DNA from: Desulfobacteraceae bacterium | GTDB taxonomy: Bacteria > Desulfobacterota > Desulfobacteria > Desulfobacterales > JAABRJ01 | Assembly: GCA_022340425.1 (NCBI GenBank) | Contig: JAJDNY010000135.1 | Location: 2,806-66,805, forward strand | DNA length: 64,000 nucleotides | Reading direction: 5' to 3' | In this document: positions 37,284 through 46,664 of the stretch, piece after piece | Layout of the letters: the number at the start of each line of letters is the position of its first letter | Numbering within the stretch: position 1 is the first letter of the stretch | Notes under the pieces: generated by a model | What the model was told of the DNA's origin: nothing | What the model saw: the letters and a program-made list of their open reading frames with translations, nothing else | The model's database searches: none | Position numbers and translations under genes: made by a program

Positions 37284-38389
37284 TCTTGCCGTTTTCCTTC
37301 CAGGCGCTTTTCTTCCAACTGGCCGGCGCTGCGGCGCTCGGATGGTTCAATCCTGAAGCCTTCCTTCTGAAGAAGCTCCAGGCAGGCGTCGACCGCATCG
37401 GGCGTGTAGCGCACGCCGCGGTGCGTGGTGATTTCCTCCAGGGCCACGTCCAGGCCGCGGGCCGGTCGGTAGGGGCGGAAGGAACTGCCGGCTTCTACGA
37501 CGTCGGAGACGGTCAGGATGGTGGCCTCGCGCAGAATCTGGTCGCCTTTCAAGCCCCGGGGGTAGCCCGAGCCGTCCAGCCGTTCGTGATGTTGGTGGAC
37601 GATTTCCGCCAGGGGCCAGGGGGCCGGAATGTTTTGGAGGATCTCGAAGCCCACCTGGGGATGCAGCTTGATCAACTCCATCTCCACGTCCAGCAGCCGG
37701 CCGGGGCGGTTGAGGATCGAGGTCGGAATGCGGATTTTACCGATATCGTGCAGAATCCCGGCAAAGCGGATGGCCTGGATCTGTTCCTGGGAGAGCGCCA
37801 GCTTTTCGGCGATGGCGCAGGCCAGGTGCGCCACCCGCTGCTGGTGGCCGGCGGTATATGGGTCGCGCATTTCAAGGGCGAAGGCCATGGTTTTGACCGT
37901 GGCGTTGAGCATTTCCTGAAGTTCGGCGGTTTTTTCGTTGACCTTTTTTTCCAGCACGACGTTCTGGTTGCTGAGATCCCGGCGCATCTGCCGGAGGGTC
38001 AGGTGGGTGCGCACCCGGGCCTTGACCTCCGCGGCGTGAAACGGTTTGGTGACATAGTCGACCCCGCCGACTTCGAAGCCGTGGGTCTTGTGACCCGGTT
38101 CGTCCAGGGCGGTGATGAAGATCACGGGGATTTCGCTGGTTTCCGGGTCCTGCTGCAAGCGGCCGCAGACTTCGTAGCCGTTCATCTCCGGCATCATGAT
38201 ATCCAGCAGGATCAGGTCCGGGTGGTGGCGTGCGGCGTACTCCAGGGCCTTGGGTCCGTTTTTGGCGATCCCCAGACGGTAGTCCTCCTTGAGGGTGTTC
38301 ACCAGCAGGTCGATATTGGTGGCGTTGTCGTCAACGATCAGCACCAGGGAATCACGGTTCTGCAAGATCTTCTCCTTCGCTGGTTTCAA
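37280..38389 (-). CDS. Response regulator with HD-GYP output domain (c-di-GMP phosphodiesterase type)
   Basis: REC (LIVDDNATN...DLILLDIMMPEMNG) plus HD-GYP (HDIGKIRIP ... HHERLDGSGYPRGL). Start is uncertain: a TTG at 38365, 6 nt after AAGGAG, is an alternative. The stop overlaps the next gene's ATG. Confidence 0.9.
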   Translation of the reverse strand: MKPAKEKILQNRDSLVLIVDDNATNIDLLVNTLKEDYRLGIAKNGPKALEYAARHHPDLILLDIMMPEMNGYEVCGRLQQDPETSEIPVIFITALDEPGHKTHGFEVGGVDYVTKPFHAAEVKARVRTHLTLRQMRRDLSNQNVVLEKKVNEKTAELQEMLNATVKTMAFALEMRDPYTAGHQQRVAHLACAIAEKLALSQEQIQAIRFAGILHDIGKIRIPTSILNRPGRLLDVEMELIKLHPQVGFEILQNIPAPWPLAEIVHQHHERLDGSGYPRGLKGDQILREATILTVSDVVEAGSSFRPYRPARGLDVALEEITTHRGVRYTPDAVDACLELLQKEGFRIEPSERRSAGQLEEKRLEGKRQE

Positions 38390-41300
38390 GCGCGGTCAGG
38401 TCCGCCGCGGCGGCCCGCAGGACCACCAGGGCGCGGTCGTATTCATAGGCAGTGATGCAGTCGTCCAGTTCATGCCAGGTGTCGGGGTCCAGATGTTCGT
38501 GCAGGGCGTTGAGGGCGTGCCGGATGGCCTGTGGGTCGGCGTTTTCGAGGCCTTCCTGGATCGCGGCGAGCAACGGTCGCAGCACGGCCGGATCGCAGGT
38601 TCGGCCGGATACCTCGGCCGTCTCCGCTTCCGTGGGATGCGCCAGGCTCTCCAGGGACCGGTGCACCTGGTCGAAGGCCGCCTGGAGGCGTTTGAAGCGC
38701 GCACCGAAATCTGCGGCGTCGCTTGCCGGGTCGGCCGCCGCGGTTTCCAGTTCGCGGGCGGCTGCCGCCAATTCAGCGGCGCCGATGGCCGCCGCGCTGC
38801 CCCGCAGGGCATGGGCGTTCTGGCGCAGGGCCGGCCGGTCTTCAGCGTCCAGGGCGGCTTCGATGCGGGTGGCGTTTTCAGCACTGTCGCGCGCAAAACG
38901 CTGCAGGATGCCGCGGAAAGTTGCGGCATCCAGGCCCAGTGCACTTCGGGCCGCGCCGATCTGCAGACCGGGCAACCAGTCCGGCAGGGCGCCCGCCCCC
39001 GGGCGTTGGGTCCCTGGGAGGCGCCCTGAAGGGCCGCTGCGGCCTTTCAGGAGCTTTCCCAGAACGGTGTAGAGGGTGTCGCGGCTGACCGGTTTGGCGA
39101 TGTAGGCGTTCATCCCGGCCGCAAGACAGCGCTCCTCGTCGCCCTTGAGGGCATGGGCGGTCATGGCCACGATGGGCAATCCGGCGTGGCGCCGGTCCTG
39201 GCGGATGCGGGAGGTGGCCTCCAGGCCGTCCATGACCGGCATCTGAACGTCCATCAGGACGGCGTCGAAGCGCCTGCGGCTGACGGCGGCAACGGCCTGG
39301 CGGCCGTCCGGGGCGATTTCCACGATGGCCCCGGCCTCCTCCAGGACCGCGCGCGCGATTTCCTGGCTGGTGGGGGTGTCTTCGGCCACCAGGATGTGCG
39401 CACCCTCCAGCAGGCTTTCGTCCGCTGCGGGCGGGCTTGGGGCGGCAAGGCGATCGCCGCTGTCGGGTTCCCCGCAGAGGGTCAGGATGGCGTTGAGCAG
39501 CAGGGTGGGGTAGACCGGCTTGGCGACGAAGCCGTTGATGCCGGCGGCCATTGCAGCGCTGCGGTCGTTGTTGCGGTCATAGGCCGCCAGCAGCAGCAGC
39601 GGCACCGGGGGGGCGATTTCGGTGCGGATCCGGCGGGCGGTGGCAAGACCGTCCATCCCCGGCATTTTCTGATCCAGCAGGACAAGGTCGAAGGGTTCGC
39701 CCGCTGCTGCCGCCGTTTGGAGCCGTTTTACGGCGTCCGGCCCGCAAGCGGCGGTCTCCACCTGCAGGCCCCAGGCGCTGGCCGTGGTTTTCAGTGCCGC
39801 CAGGACTGCCGGGCAGTCATCCACCAGCAGCAGGCGCAGGCCGGCGAGCGCCCGCGGCAGCCCGGCGGAGGCCACCGCAAGGCGCTGTTTGAAACGGGCC
39901 GTGAAGTGAAAGACGCTGCCCGCCCCCGGGGTGCTCTCGACCCCGATGGTGCCCCCCATGATTTTAACCAACTGCCGGCAGATGCTGAGTCCCAGTCCGG
40001 TGCCGCCGTATTTGCGGGTGATCGAGGCGTCCGCCTGGGTGAAGGGGTTGAACAGGGCGCGGCGGTATTCGGGGGCGATGCCCACCCCGGTGTCCCGAAC
40101 ATGAAACTGCAGCACATCGGGCTCGCCTTCAGTCGAACCGACGTCCAGTTCGACCACCCCGCCTTTCTCGGTGAACTTAATGGCGTTGTCCAGAAGGTTC
40201 TTGAGGACCTGCTGCAGGCGCAGGGCGTCGCCGACCAGCTCGGTGGGGGTCCCGGGCTGGATGGCCACGACCAGTTCCAGCTCTTTTTCGGCCACCTTGC
40301 TCAGAAACATGCCGGTGACGCCATCCAGGGCGTTTTCGAGGTTGAACGGGCCGGCCTCCAGGTCCAGCTTGCCGGCCTCGATCTTGGAGAAGTCCAGGAT
40401 GTCGTTGATGATGCCCAGCAGCGAAATCGCCGAACTGTGGATGATCTTCAGGAAATGGGCGGTCTTGGGGGAAAGCGCGTCGTTCAGGGCCAGTTCCGCC
40501 GCCGCGATGACGCCGTTCATGGGGGTGCGGATCTCATGGCTCATGTTGGCCAGAAAGTCGCTCTTGGCGCGGGTGGCGGCCTCCGCGGTTTCCTTTGCGG
40601 TCAGTAGTTCGCGGTTGGCGGCCTGCAGTTCGGCGGTGCGGTCGGCCACTCGCTGCTCCATGTCGCGATAAGCCTCCTGCAGGGCGGCCTCGGAGCGCTT
40701 GCGCAGGGAGATGTCCTGCAGAAATCCCTCGATCAGCAGAAGGCCGCCGTCGGCGGCGCGCACCGCCCGCGCCCGGATGGCGGTCCAGACGGGGCTGCCG
40801 TCCCGGCGCCTGAGCTGGCACTCGAAGTCGGTGACGACGCCTTCGCTGGTCAGGCGCGCCATCAGGGTCTCATGGTCGGCGGGGGTGACGTAGACCGCTT
40901 TGCCCAGCCTTTCCAGGGCGTCGATCAGCTCGGCGGGCGAGCCGTAGCCGAGAATTGTCGCCATCGCGGGGCTGGCGCTGATCATCTGTCCATCGGGGGT
41001 CACCTGGAATATGCCTTCGGGGGCGTTTTCGAATATGCTGCGGTATTTTGCCTCGCTTTCCGCCAGGGCCGCCTCGGTTTTCTCCTGCTCGAGGATACGC
41101 AGCTCAAGCGCCTTGCTGTACTCCTGAAGCTCGGCGGCGTGGTTGGTCAGCAGGTTTTCCTTTTCACGATAATAATCAAGCTTGGCGTAAAGCTCCTCGG
41201 GGGAAATGCGCAGGCTGGCGAGAACTTCGGTGTAGACTTCGCTGAGTTCCACGGACTCCTGGGGCGTGAAGACCGCCGAGCTGGTGAGGGCCTTGTGGGC

Positions 41301-43145
41301 GGCGGGGGCGCCGATGGCGCCTGCCAGAGATTTTTCCACCTCGCTGTGGAGCTTGATGAGATCGATGATGGTGATCTGCGCTTGCCCTTCCAGGCGGCAG
41401 GCCGCCAGGCAGCGGGCGAGAATCGATTGGGCTTCGGTTTCCTCCATGTAGCGCTGGAGGACCTTTTCGATTTCCAGGCGTTTGGCCGCCAGGTCGATGC
41501 TGGCTGTGTGGCGCTCCCGGTCAGGGGGCAGGCCCGCGTCCGGGCCTTCGCCGGTAAAGGCCAGCGCCAGCCGCTTTTCGCTGGGGCCCTGCTCGCGCCA
41601 GAGCGACACCAGCACGTAGGCCCCGAGATTGAAAAGGATGGACCAGAAAAGCGTGTGGGAGAGCGCCGGCAGTCCTCGCAGACCGAAGAGACTCTCGGGG
41701 TTGAGGGCCGCAAGCCCCCATGGCCCGTTTTCCAGGATGCCGGGCGAAAACCAGCCGACTCGGATCAGGGCCGGCAGCAGCAGAGTGTAGAGCCAGGTCG
41801 CGAACCCCGCGCTCAGCCCGGCCAGTGCGCCCCATTTGTTGGCCTGGCGCCAGAACATGCCGCCCACGATGGCCGGGGCGAACTGGAAGACCGCCGCAAA
41901 TGAGATCATGCCGATATTGGCCAGCATGAAGGTTTGGCCGATCAAACGCTCGAAGCCGTGGCTCAGGATCAGCACCAGCCCTACGGCCGTCCACTTGCAG
42001 CGCAGCAGGTGGCGCCGCAAAAAACCCAGCCAGGGCACCCAGCGGACCAGCGGCAGCAGCAGGTGGTTGGTGAGCATCGTGGAGAGGGTGACCGAACTGA
42101 TCATGATCATGCCGGTGGCGGCCGAAAAACCGCCGATAAAGACCAGCATCACCATCCAGGGTTTGCCGTGATCGCGTGGCAGATCCAGAACGAAGGTGTC
42201 GGCCCCCATGGCCGGCAGGCCCTGCAGCAGGCCCGCGGCGGCAATCGGCAGAACAAAGAGGTTGATCAGCAGCATGTAGACCGGAAAGATCCACATCGCC
42301 GAGGAGATAAAATCCGGGTTTGGGTTTTCCACCACCGCCACGTGAAATTGGCGGGGCAGAAACAGGCTGGCGGACATGGCCAGCACGATGTAGGTGGCCC
42401 ACAACAGGTAGGGCGAGGCGGCGCGGCCGCTGAGGGCGAACAGGCTGTGATGGGGGCTCTCCGCCAGCCGTTGGAAAAGGTCACCGAAGCCGTCGTAGAG
42501 AAAATAGGTCACGAAAACCCCCGCCACAAGGAGGCTTGCCAGCTTGACGCCGCATTCCACCGCCAGGGCCATCACCATCCCGTCGTGGCGCTCGGTGGGG
42601 TCCAGCCGCCGAACCCCGAAAATGATGGTAAAGAGGATCATCAGCGCCACCACGATGGGGCCCACGTGGCCGCCGATCCAGGCGGAAAATCCCTGGCCCG
42701 GGGAGGTGATCAGGGCAAAGGTGCTGATGATCGCCTTGAGCTGCAGCGAAACGTAGGGGATGGTCGCAAACAGGGCCAGCAGGGTGGCCAGTGCGGCCAG
42801 GGTTTCGGATTTGTCGTAGCGGGCCGAAATGAAGTCCGCGATGCTGGTGATGTGGTGATGGGATTTGATCAGCGCCATCCGCCGCAGCACCTTCCACCAG
42901 AGGATGATGCCCAGGGTGGGCCCCAGGTAGACTGTGAGAAAGAGCAGCCCCGAGGAGGCCGCGATGCCGACGCTGCCATAGTAGGTCCAGGCGGTGCAGT
43001 AGACCGCCAGCGAGAGGGCGTAGACCCAGGGGTTGTTGGCGGGACTTCTTCCGGCTCTGGCGCAGCGCTCGGCCCACAGGGCCACCAGGAAAAGGGCCCC
43101 GGCGTAGAGCAGAAATACGAGCATGGCGACCAGCGGATCGAACAT
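38352..43145 (-). CDS. Hybrid sensor kinase with N-terminal sodium:solute symporter (SSF) domain (CbrA-like), PAS, HisKA, HATPase_c, 2x REC, Hpt
   Basis: About 520 aa of SSF-type polytopic membrane domain, then PAS (YRSIFENAPEGIFQ), H-box FLANMSHEIRTPMNG, two REC domains, and Hpt (NAHALRGSAAAIGA). Start moved to the ATG at 43145 (MFDPLVAMLVFLLYAG...); the 117 residues upstream in the track ORF are low-complexity. Confidence 0.85.
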   Translation of the reverse strand: MFDPLVAMLVFLLYAGALFLVALWAERCARAGRSPANNPWVYALSLAVYCTAWTYYGSVGIAASSGLLFLTVYLGPTLGIILWWKVLRRMALIKSHHHITSIADFISARYDKSETLAALATLLALFATIPYVSLQLKAIISTFALITSPGQGFSAWIGGHVGPIVVALMILFTIIFGVRRLDPTERHDGMVMALAVECGVKLASLLVAGVFVTYFLYDGFGDLFQRLAESPHHSLFALSGRAASPYLLWATYIVLAMSASLFLPRQFHVAVVENPNPDFISSAMWIFPVYMLLINLFVLPIAAAGLLQGLPAMGADTFVLDLPRDHGKPWMVMLVFIGGFSAATGMIMISSVTLSTMLTNHLLLPLVRWVPWLGFLRRHLLRCKWTAVGLVLILSHGFERLIGQTFMLANIGMISFAAVFQFAPAIVGGMFWRQANKWGALAGLSAGFATWLYTLLLPALIRVGWFSPGILENGPWGLAALNPESLFGLRGLPALSHTLFWSILFNLGAYVLVSLWREQGPSEKRLALAFTGEGPDAGLPPDRERHTASIDLAAKRLEIEKVLQRYMEETEAQSILARCLAACRLEGQAQITIIDLIKLHSEVEKSLAGAIGAPAAHKALTSSAVFTPQESVELSEVYTEVLASLRISPEELYAKLDYYREKENLLTNHAAELQEYSKALELRILEQEKTEAALAESEAKYRSIFENAPEGIFQVTPDGQMISASPAMATILGYGSPAELIDALERLGKAVYVTPADHETLMARLTSEGVVTDFECQLRRRDGSPVWTAIRARAVRAADGGLLLIEGFLQDISLRKRSEAALQEAYRDMEQRVADRTAELQAANRELLTAKETAEAATRAKSDFLANMSHEIRTPMNGVIAAAELALNDALSPKTAHFLKIIHSSAISLLGIINDILDFSKIEAGKLDLEAGPFNLENALDGVTGMFLSKVAEKELELVVAIQPGTPTELVGDALRLQQVLKNLLDNAIKFTEKGGVVELDVGSTEGEPDVLQFHVRDTGVGIAPEYRRALFNPFTQADASITRKYGGTGLGLSICRQLVKIMGGTIGVESTPGAGSVFHFTARFKQRLAVASAGLPRALAGLRLLLVDDCPAVLAALKTTASAWGLQVETAACGPDAVKRLQTAAAAGEPFDLVLLDQKMPGMDGLATARRIRTEIAPPVPLLLLAAYDRNNDRSAAMAAGINGFVAKPVYPTLLLNAILTLCGEPDSGDRLAAPSPPAADESLLEGAHILVAEDTPTSQEIARAVLEEAGAIVEIAPDGRQAVAAVSRRRFDAVLMDVQMPVMDGLEATSRIRQDRRHAGLPIVAMTAHALKGDEERCLAAGMNAYIAKPVSRDTLYTVLGKLLKGRSGPSGRLPGTQRPGAGALPDWLPGLQIGAARSALGLDAATFRGILQRFARDSAENATRIEAALDAEDRPALRQNAHALRGSAAAIGAAELAAAARELETAAADPASDAADFGARFKRLQAAFDQVHRSLESLAHPTEAETAEVSGRTCDPAVLRPLLAAIQEGLENADPQAIRHALNALHEHLDPDTWHELDDCITAYEYDRALVVLRAAAADLTALETSEGEDLAEP

Positions 43146-43147
43146 GG

Positions 43148-43384
43148 CTATTGCCTCGGCACCGGTGGGGGGTCGCGGTCGGCGGGCGACCGCCGGCAGT
43201 GGCGGGCGATCAGCGCCAAGACCACCACCAGGGCGGACCATGTCAGGTAGAGGTAGAGAAAACCGACCGGCGGCCGGGTCTTCTCGAGGATGGTCAGCAG
43301 GGGCCAGTTGAAGAGCAGGAAAAAAAGGCAGAAAAGAAAAATATGGAACTCCGTCTTGCCCAGCAGGTCCTTGAGGCGCGCCAT
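43148..43384 (-). CDS. Small two-TM membrane protein translationally coupled to the SSF-kinase
   Basis: MARLKDLLGKTEFHIFLFCLFFLLFNWPLL...FLYLYLTWSALVVVLALIA (78 aa). GGAGG RBS. Its TAG stop lies 2 nt before the kinase ATG. The arrangement is reminiscent of the small DUF-type membrane proteins that precede SSF transporters. Confidence 0.5.
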   Translation of the reverse strand: MARLKDLLGKTEFHIFLFCLFFLLFNWPLLTILEKTRPPVGFLYLYLTWSALVVVLALIARHCRRSPADRDPPPVPRQ

Positions 43385-43464
43385 AAAACCTCCTCCCGGC
43401 GGCGTCGGCCACCGTCGGTGCCGGATGGGTGCGACGGCGGTGAATTCCGGCATCCGCTCGAAAA

Positions 43465-43493
43465 GAATATGAAAAACGGCTCAGCCTGTCAAG
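43465..43493 (-). promoter_or_regulatory. Sigma-70-type promoter candidate for the signalling operon
   Basis: Minus strand: TTGACA (43488-43493), 17-nt spacer, TATTCT (43465-43470), about 80 nt upstream of the small membrane protein ATG. Confidence 0.4.
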
Positions 43494-43499
43494 CACAAC

Positions 43500-43517
43500 C
43501 CCCGGCGGCCGCCGGGG
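43500..43517 (-). terminator. Perfect 18-bp GC palindrome CCCCGGCGGCCGCCGGGG immediately after the rpe stop (hairpin, no U-tract)
   Basis: Read directly. It starts 1 nt after the rpe stop codon. Confidence 0.35.
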
Positions 43518-43518
43518 T

Positions 43519-44175
43519 CTACGGGCCCATCAGGTGCCGCAGCTCGGCGATGGTGGCCGCGTAGTCCGGACTGCCGAAGATCGCCGAGCCGGCGACGAAC
43601 ACATCGGCGCCGGCGGCGGCAACCGCGGCGATGGTGCCGGCGTTGACGCCGCCGTCCACCTGAATGAGGGTCGAAAGCCCGCGGGACTGGATCATCCTCC
43701 GCAGCCGGGTGATTTTTTCCAGGCTGGATTGGATGAACTGCTGCCCGCCGAAGCCGGGGTTGACGCTCATCACCAGGACGAAGTCGACCGCCTCCAGGAC
43801 CCATTCCAACGCCGTCAGGGGCGTGGCCGGGTTGAGGACCACGCCGGCCTTGACGCCCGCCTCGCGGATGAGCTGGATGCTGCGGTGGAGGTGGACGCAG
43901 GCCTCGACCTGCACGGCGATCAAGTCTGCCCCGGCGCGGGCGAAGTCGGTGATGTAGCGCTCCGGGGCGTCGATCATCAGGTGGACGTCCAGGGGCAGCT
44001 GGGTCACCCGCCGCACCGCCGCCACCACCAGGGGACCCATGGTGATGTTGGGCACGAAATGGCCGTCCATGACGTCGATGTGGATCCAGTCGGCGCCGGC
44101 GGCTTCAACAGCACGAATCTCCTCGCCCAACCGGCTGAAATCGGCGGATAGGATCGAGGGGGCGATCAGTTTCAT
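43519..44175 (-). CDS. rpe: Ribulose-phosphate 3-epimerase
   Basis: 218 aa. Canonical [13 protein letters not shown]...[12 protein letters not shown]...[10 protein letters not shown]...DGG motifs. Confidence 0.95.
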   Translation of the reverse strand: MKLIAPSILSADFSRLGEEIRAVEAAGADWIHIDVMDGHFVPNITMGPLVVAAVRRVTQLPLDVHLMIDAPERYITDFARAGADLIAVQVEACVHLHRSIQLIREAGVKAGVVLNPATPLTALEWVLEAVDFVLVMSVNPGFGGQQFIQSSLEKITRLRRMIQSRGLSTLIQVDGGVNAGTIAAVAAAGADVFVAGSAIFGSPDYAATIAELRHLMGP

Positions 44176-44281
44176 TCGGCAATCTCCTCTAAATCTTGAT
44201 GGCGCGGCCTTCGGGCTGCGGCCGCGCGGTTGGGGCAGTTAACACCTGCGGCGCCCAAAAAGCAAGCACGGGCTGTCGGTT

Positions 44282-45250
44282 TCAGTCCTCAAGGGGGCGG
44301 GCCTTGACGGGCTCTTCATCCAGGTAGACCACCAGGCTGGGGTAGGCTTCGGCGGGCACCAGGAGCCAGATTTCCTCGCCCGGCCGGAAATAGTCGTTCA
44401 CCAGGTCCGTGCCGATCCCGTATAGGCTGGCGTGGACGCGCACCCGTCGCTTGAGAAAACCCTCGGGCAGACGGAAGCGAAAAAGGCGTCCCTCGGCGGT
44501 TTCCGCTGCAGCCGTGGGGTCCACCGGGGACCTGCGGCGGTTGAGAACCAGAGCGACGCTGGTGCCGGCGGTCACCCGCGAGCCCTTGGCCGGATTCTGG
44601 TCGATCACGACGTTGAGGGGTTGGTCGGGGTCGTAGCGCACCGACACCCTTCCGGCGCTGAGATGGGTGCGCTCGCAGAGCAGAATCGCATCGTCCAGAC
44701 CCAGTCCGGTCAGATCCGGCATCGCATACGCCGCCGGCCGGGGGCCGGCGCTGACCAGCAGATCGGCGCAGCGGTCGTGGCGGACGGTGCTGCCGGGGGC
44801 GGGCACCTGGGCCAGGACGCCATCGGCGAACATGCGCGGATCGAAGATCAAGCTGAGATGGCCCAGGCAGAGCCCGTTTTCCTCCAGAATCAGTCGTGCC
44901 TGCTGGCTGGAAAGGCCCGTGAGGTTGGGCATCACCAGGGTTTCCGGGCCCTTGGAAATGATCAGGCGGACGTCGCGCCCCTTTTTGATCTCGGCCCCCG
45001 CCGGGGGCTCCTGGAAGATTATGCTGTGCTTGGGGGCGTCGGGGCTGAATTCGGAGCCCTTGACGCGGGTGTTGAGACCCAGGTCGCTTAAAATCTCCAG
45101 GGCGTAGACCACGTGCCGGCCGACCAAGTCGGGGATCACCACCGTGTCCTGGCTGCGGATGACGAGGGTCAGGCCCAGGTAGGCGCCGGCGCCAGCCAGG
45201 CCGACAAAGAACCCGGTGAGGGCCAGGAACTTGAGCACCCGCGGCATCAT
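44282..45250 (-). CDS. Membrane-anchored protein with three PASTA domains (no kinase or PBP domain)
   Basis: TM helix (FLALTGFFVGLAGAGAYLGL) followed by three PASTA-like repeats (IPDLVGRH..., MPNLTGLS..., MPDLTGLG...). Start taken at the ATGATG that overlaps the rsmB stop; the 102-aa Arg/Gly-rich extension in the track ORF is rejected. Confidence 0.8.
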   Translation of the reverse strand: MMPRVLKFLALTGFFVGLAGAGAYLGLTLVIRSQDTVVIPDLVGRHVVYALEILSDLGLNTRVKGSEFSPDAPKHSIIFQEPPAGAEIKKGRDVRLIISKGPETLVMPNLTGLSSQQARLILEENGLCLGHLSLIFDPRMFADGVLAQVPAPGSTVRHDRCADLLVSAGPRPAAYAMPDLTGLGLDDAILLCERTHLSAGRVSVRYDPDQPLNVVIDQNPAKGSRVTAGTSVALVLNRRRSPVDPTAAAETAEGRLFRFRLPEGFLKRRVRVHASLYGIGTDLVNDYFRPGEEIWLLVPAEAYPSLVVYLDEEPVKARPLED

Positions 45251-46605
45251 CGCCGGCGCCTCAAGCCGACGGCGAAGAACCCGTCCATGTGGTGGCGGTG
45301 GGGCAGGGTGCGCAACGCCCCCGCGGCGTCCACCAGACCGGCGGCCGCCAGGCGACCGTCCGCCGCGGAGCGTGCCAGGTCGAAGCCGGGGACGGCATCC
45401 AGAAAGGCTGCGACCACCGCGTCGGTCTCCTCGGGCTCCAGACTGCAGACCGCGTACACCAGCCGGCCGCCGGGCCTGACCAGGGGCGCCAGGTTTTTCA
45501 GAAAGCCCAGCTGGCGCTCGCCGAAGCGGCCCAGGTCGGCGCGCTCGGCGGCCCATTTGGTGTCCGGGTTGCGCCGCAGCACCCCGAGGCCCGAGCAGGG
45601 CGCATCCAGCAGGACGCGGTCAAAGGACCAGGGGGTGAGGTTTTTGGGCGGCTGGGCGAGGTCGTGGGGGACAATTTCAGCACAGCCGACCCCCAGCCGC
45701 TGGAGTTCTCCTGCGAGCTCCGCCAGCCGCAGATTGTCGTTGTCCAGGGCCACGAGGAGGCCTCGGTTCCGCAGCCGCTGGGCGATATGGCCGGTTTTGC
45801 CGCCCCGGCCGGCGCAGGCGTCCAGCACCCGCTCCCCCGGCCTGGGGTCCAGCAGATGGGTCACCAGCTGGGCGGCCTCGTCCTGGACCTGGCACCAGCC
45901 CTGCTGAAAGGGGGGCAGCTCGGTCAGCGCCTCCCTGAGCCGGGCGCAGCGAATGCCCTCGGGGGCGTAGAGGGTCGGCTGGGGTGCCTCGGCCGCGGAC
46001 TGCAGGGCCGCCAGCAGCGCGGCGCGGGAGGTCTTGAGGGTGTTGGTGCGCAGGGTGATGGGCGGGATCGCGTTGGCGGCATCGCACAGGGCCAGGGTCT
46101 CCTGCAACCCGAAGCGCTGCAGCCAGCGTTCGACCAGCCAGCGGGGAAAGGCTCGGGTGGCGGCGATGGCGCCCACCGGGTCGCCAGAAAGCTCCGGGAA
46201 AGGCACGTTCTCCAGGCCGCGGGCGGCGTTTCGCAGCACACCGTTGACAAACCGTGCCGCCCAGGGGGCGGCGGTCTGTTTGGCCAGTTCGACGGCGGTG
46301 TTGACCGCGGCGGAAACCGGGATGCGCTCCATGAAGGCGATTTGAAACAGACCCAGGCGCAGGATGTTGCGGATCGGCGGGTCCATGCGCTCCAGGGGGG
46401 TCCTTGAAAAGTGGGCGATGATCCAGTCCAGTCGCCCGCGCCAGCGCTGGACCCCGTAGACCAGGGCATTGGCCAGGGCCCGGTCGCGGCGGTCGAGCTG
46501 CGGCGCGGCCTCGAAGGCCGCCGCCATGATCCGGTCGAGGGTCGTGGTCGCGCCCTCCAGGGCGTTCAGCGTCCACAGTGCGGTCTGGCGGGGGTCGTTT
46601 GACAT
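45247..46605 (-). CDS. rsmB: 16S rRNA (cytosine967-C5)-methyltransferase
   Basis: N-terminal NusB-like domain plus SAM MTase (DACAGRGGKT, LLDAPCSGLG, VYAVCS). Lies in the classic def-fmt-rsmB context. Confidence 0.9.
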   Translation of the reverse strand: MSNDPRQTALWTLNALEGATTTLDRIMAAAFEAAPQLDRRDRALANALVYGVQRWRGRLDWIIAHFSRTPLERMDPPIRNILRLGLFQIAFMERIPVSAAVNTAVELAKQTAAPWAARFVNGVLRNAARGLENVPFPELSGDPVGAIAATRAFPRWLVERWLQRFGLQETLALCDAANAIPPITLRTNTLKTSRAALLAALQSAAEAPQPTLYAPEGIRCARLREALTELPPFQQGWCQVQDEAAQLVTHLLDPRPGERVLDACAGRGGKTGHIAQRLRNRGLLVALDNDNLRLAELAGELQRLGVGCAEIVPHDLAQPPKNLTPWSFDRVLLDAPCSGLGVLRRNPDTKWAAERADLGRFGERQLGFLKNLAPLVRPGGRLVYAVCSLEPEETDAVVAAFLDAVPGFDLARSAADGRLAAAGLVDAAGALRTLPHRHHMDGFFAVGLRRRR

Positions 46606-46664
46606 CGGCGGGCCCTTGGGGGGACGAGGTCCCGGGGGGCAGAGGGTAAAGGGCGTCGGGCCGG

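Noticed and set aside
45251-45556. 102-aa N-terminal extension of the PASTA protein ORF (MGRRARRPGPLRRAP...).
   Set aside because: The extension is Arg/Gly low complexity and overlaps the rsmB coding region. An ATG at 45250 with an ATGA stop-start overlap and an immediate TM helix is the sensible start. The same logic trimmed 43146-43496 (SSF kinase), 60558-60806 (M42 peptidase), 5498-5668 (Rrf2) and 13268-13330 (hmcB).
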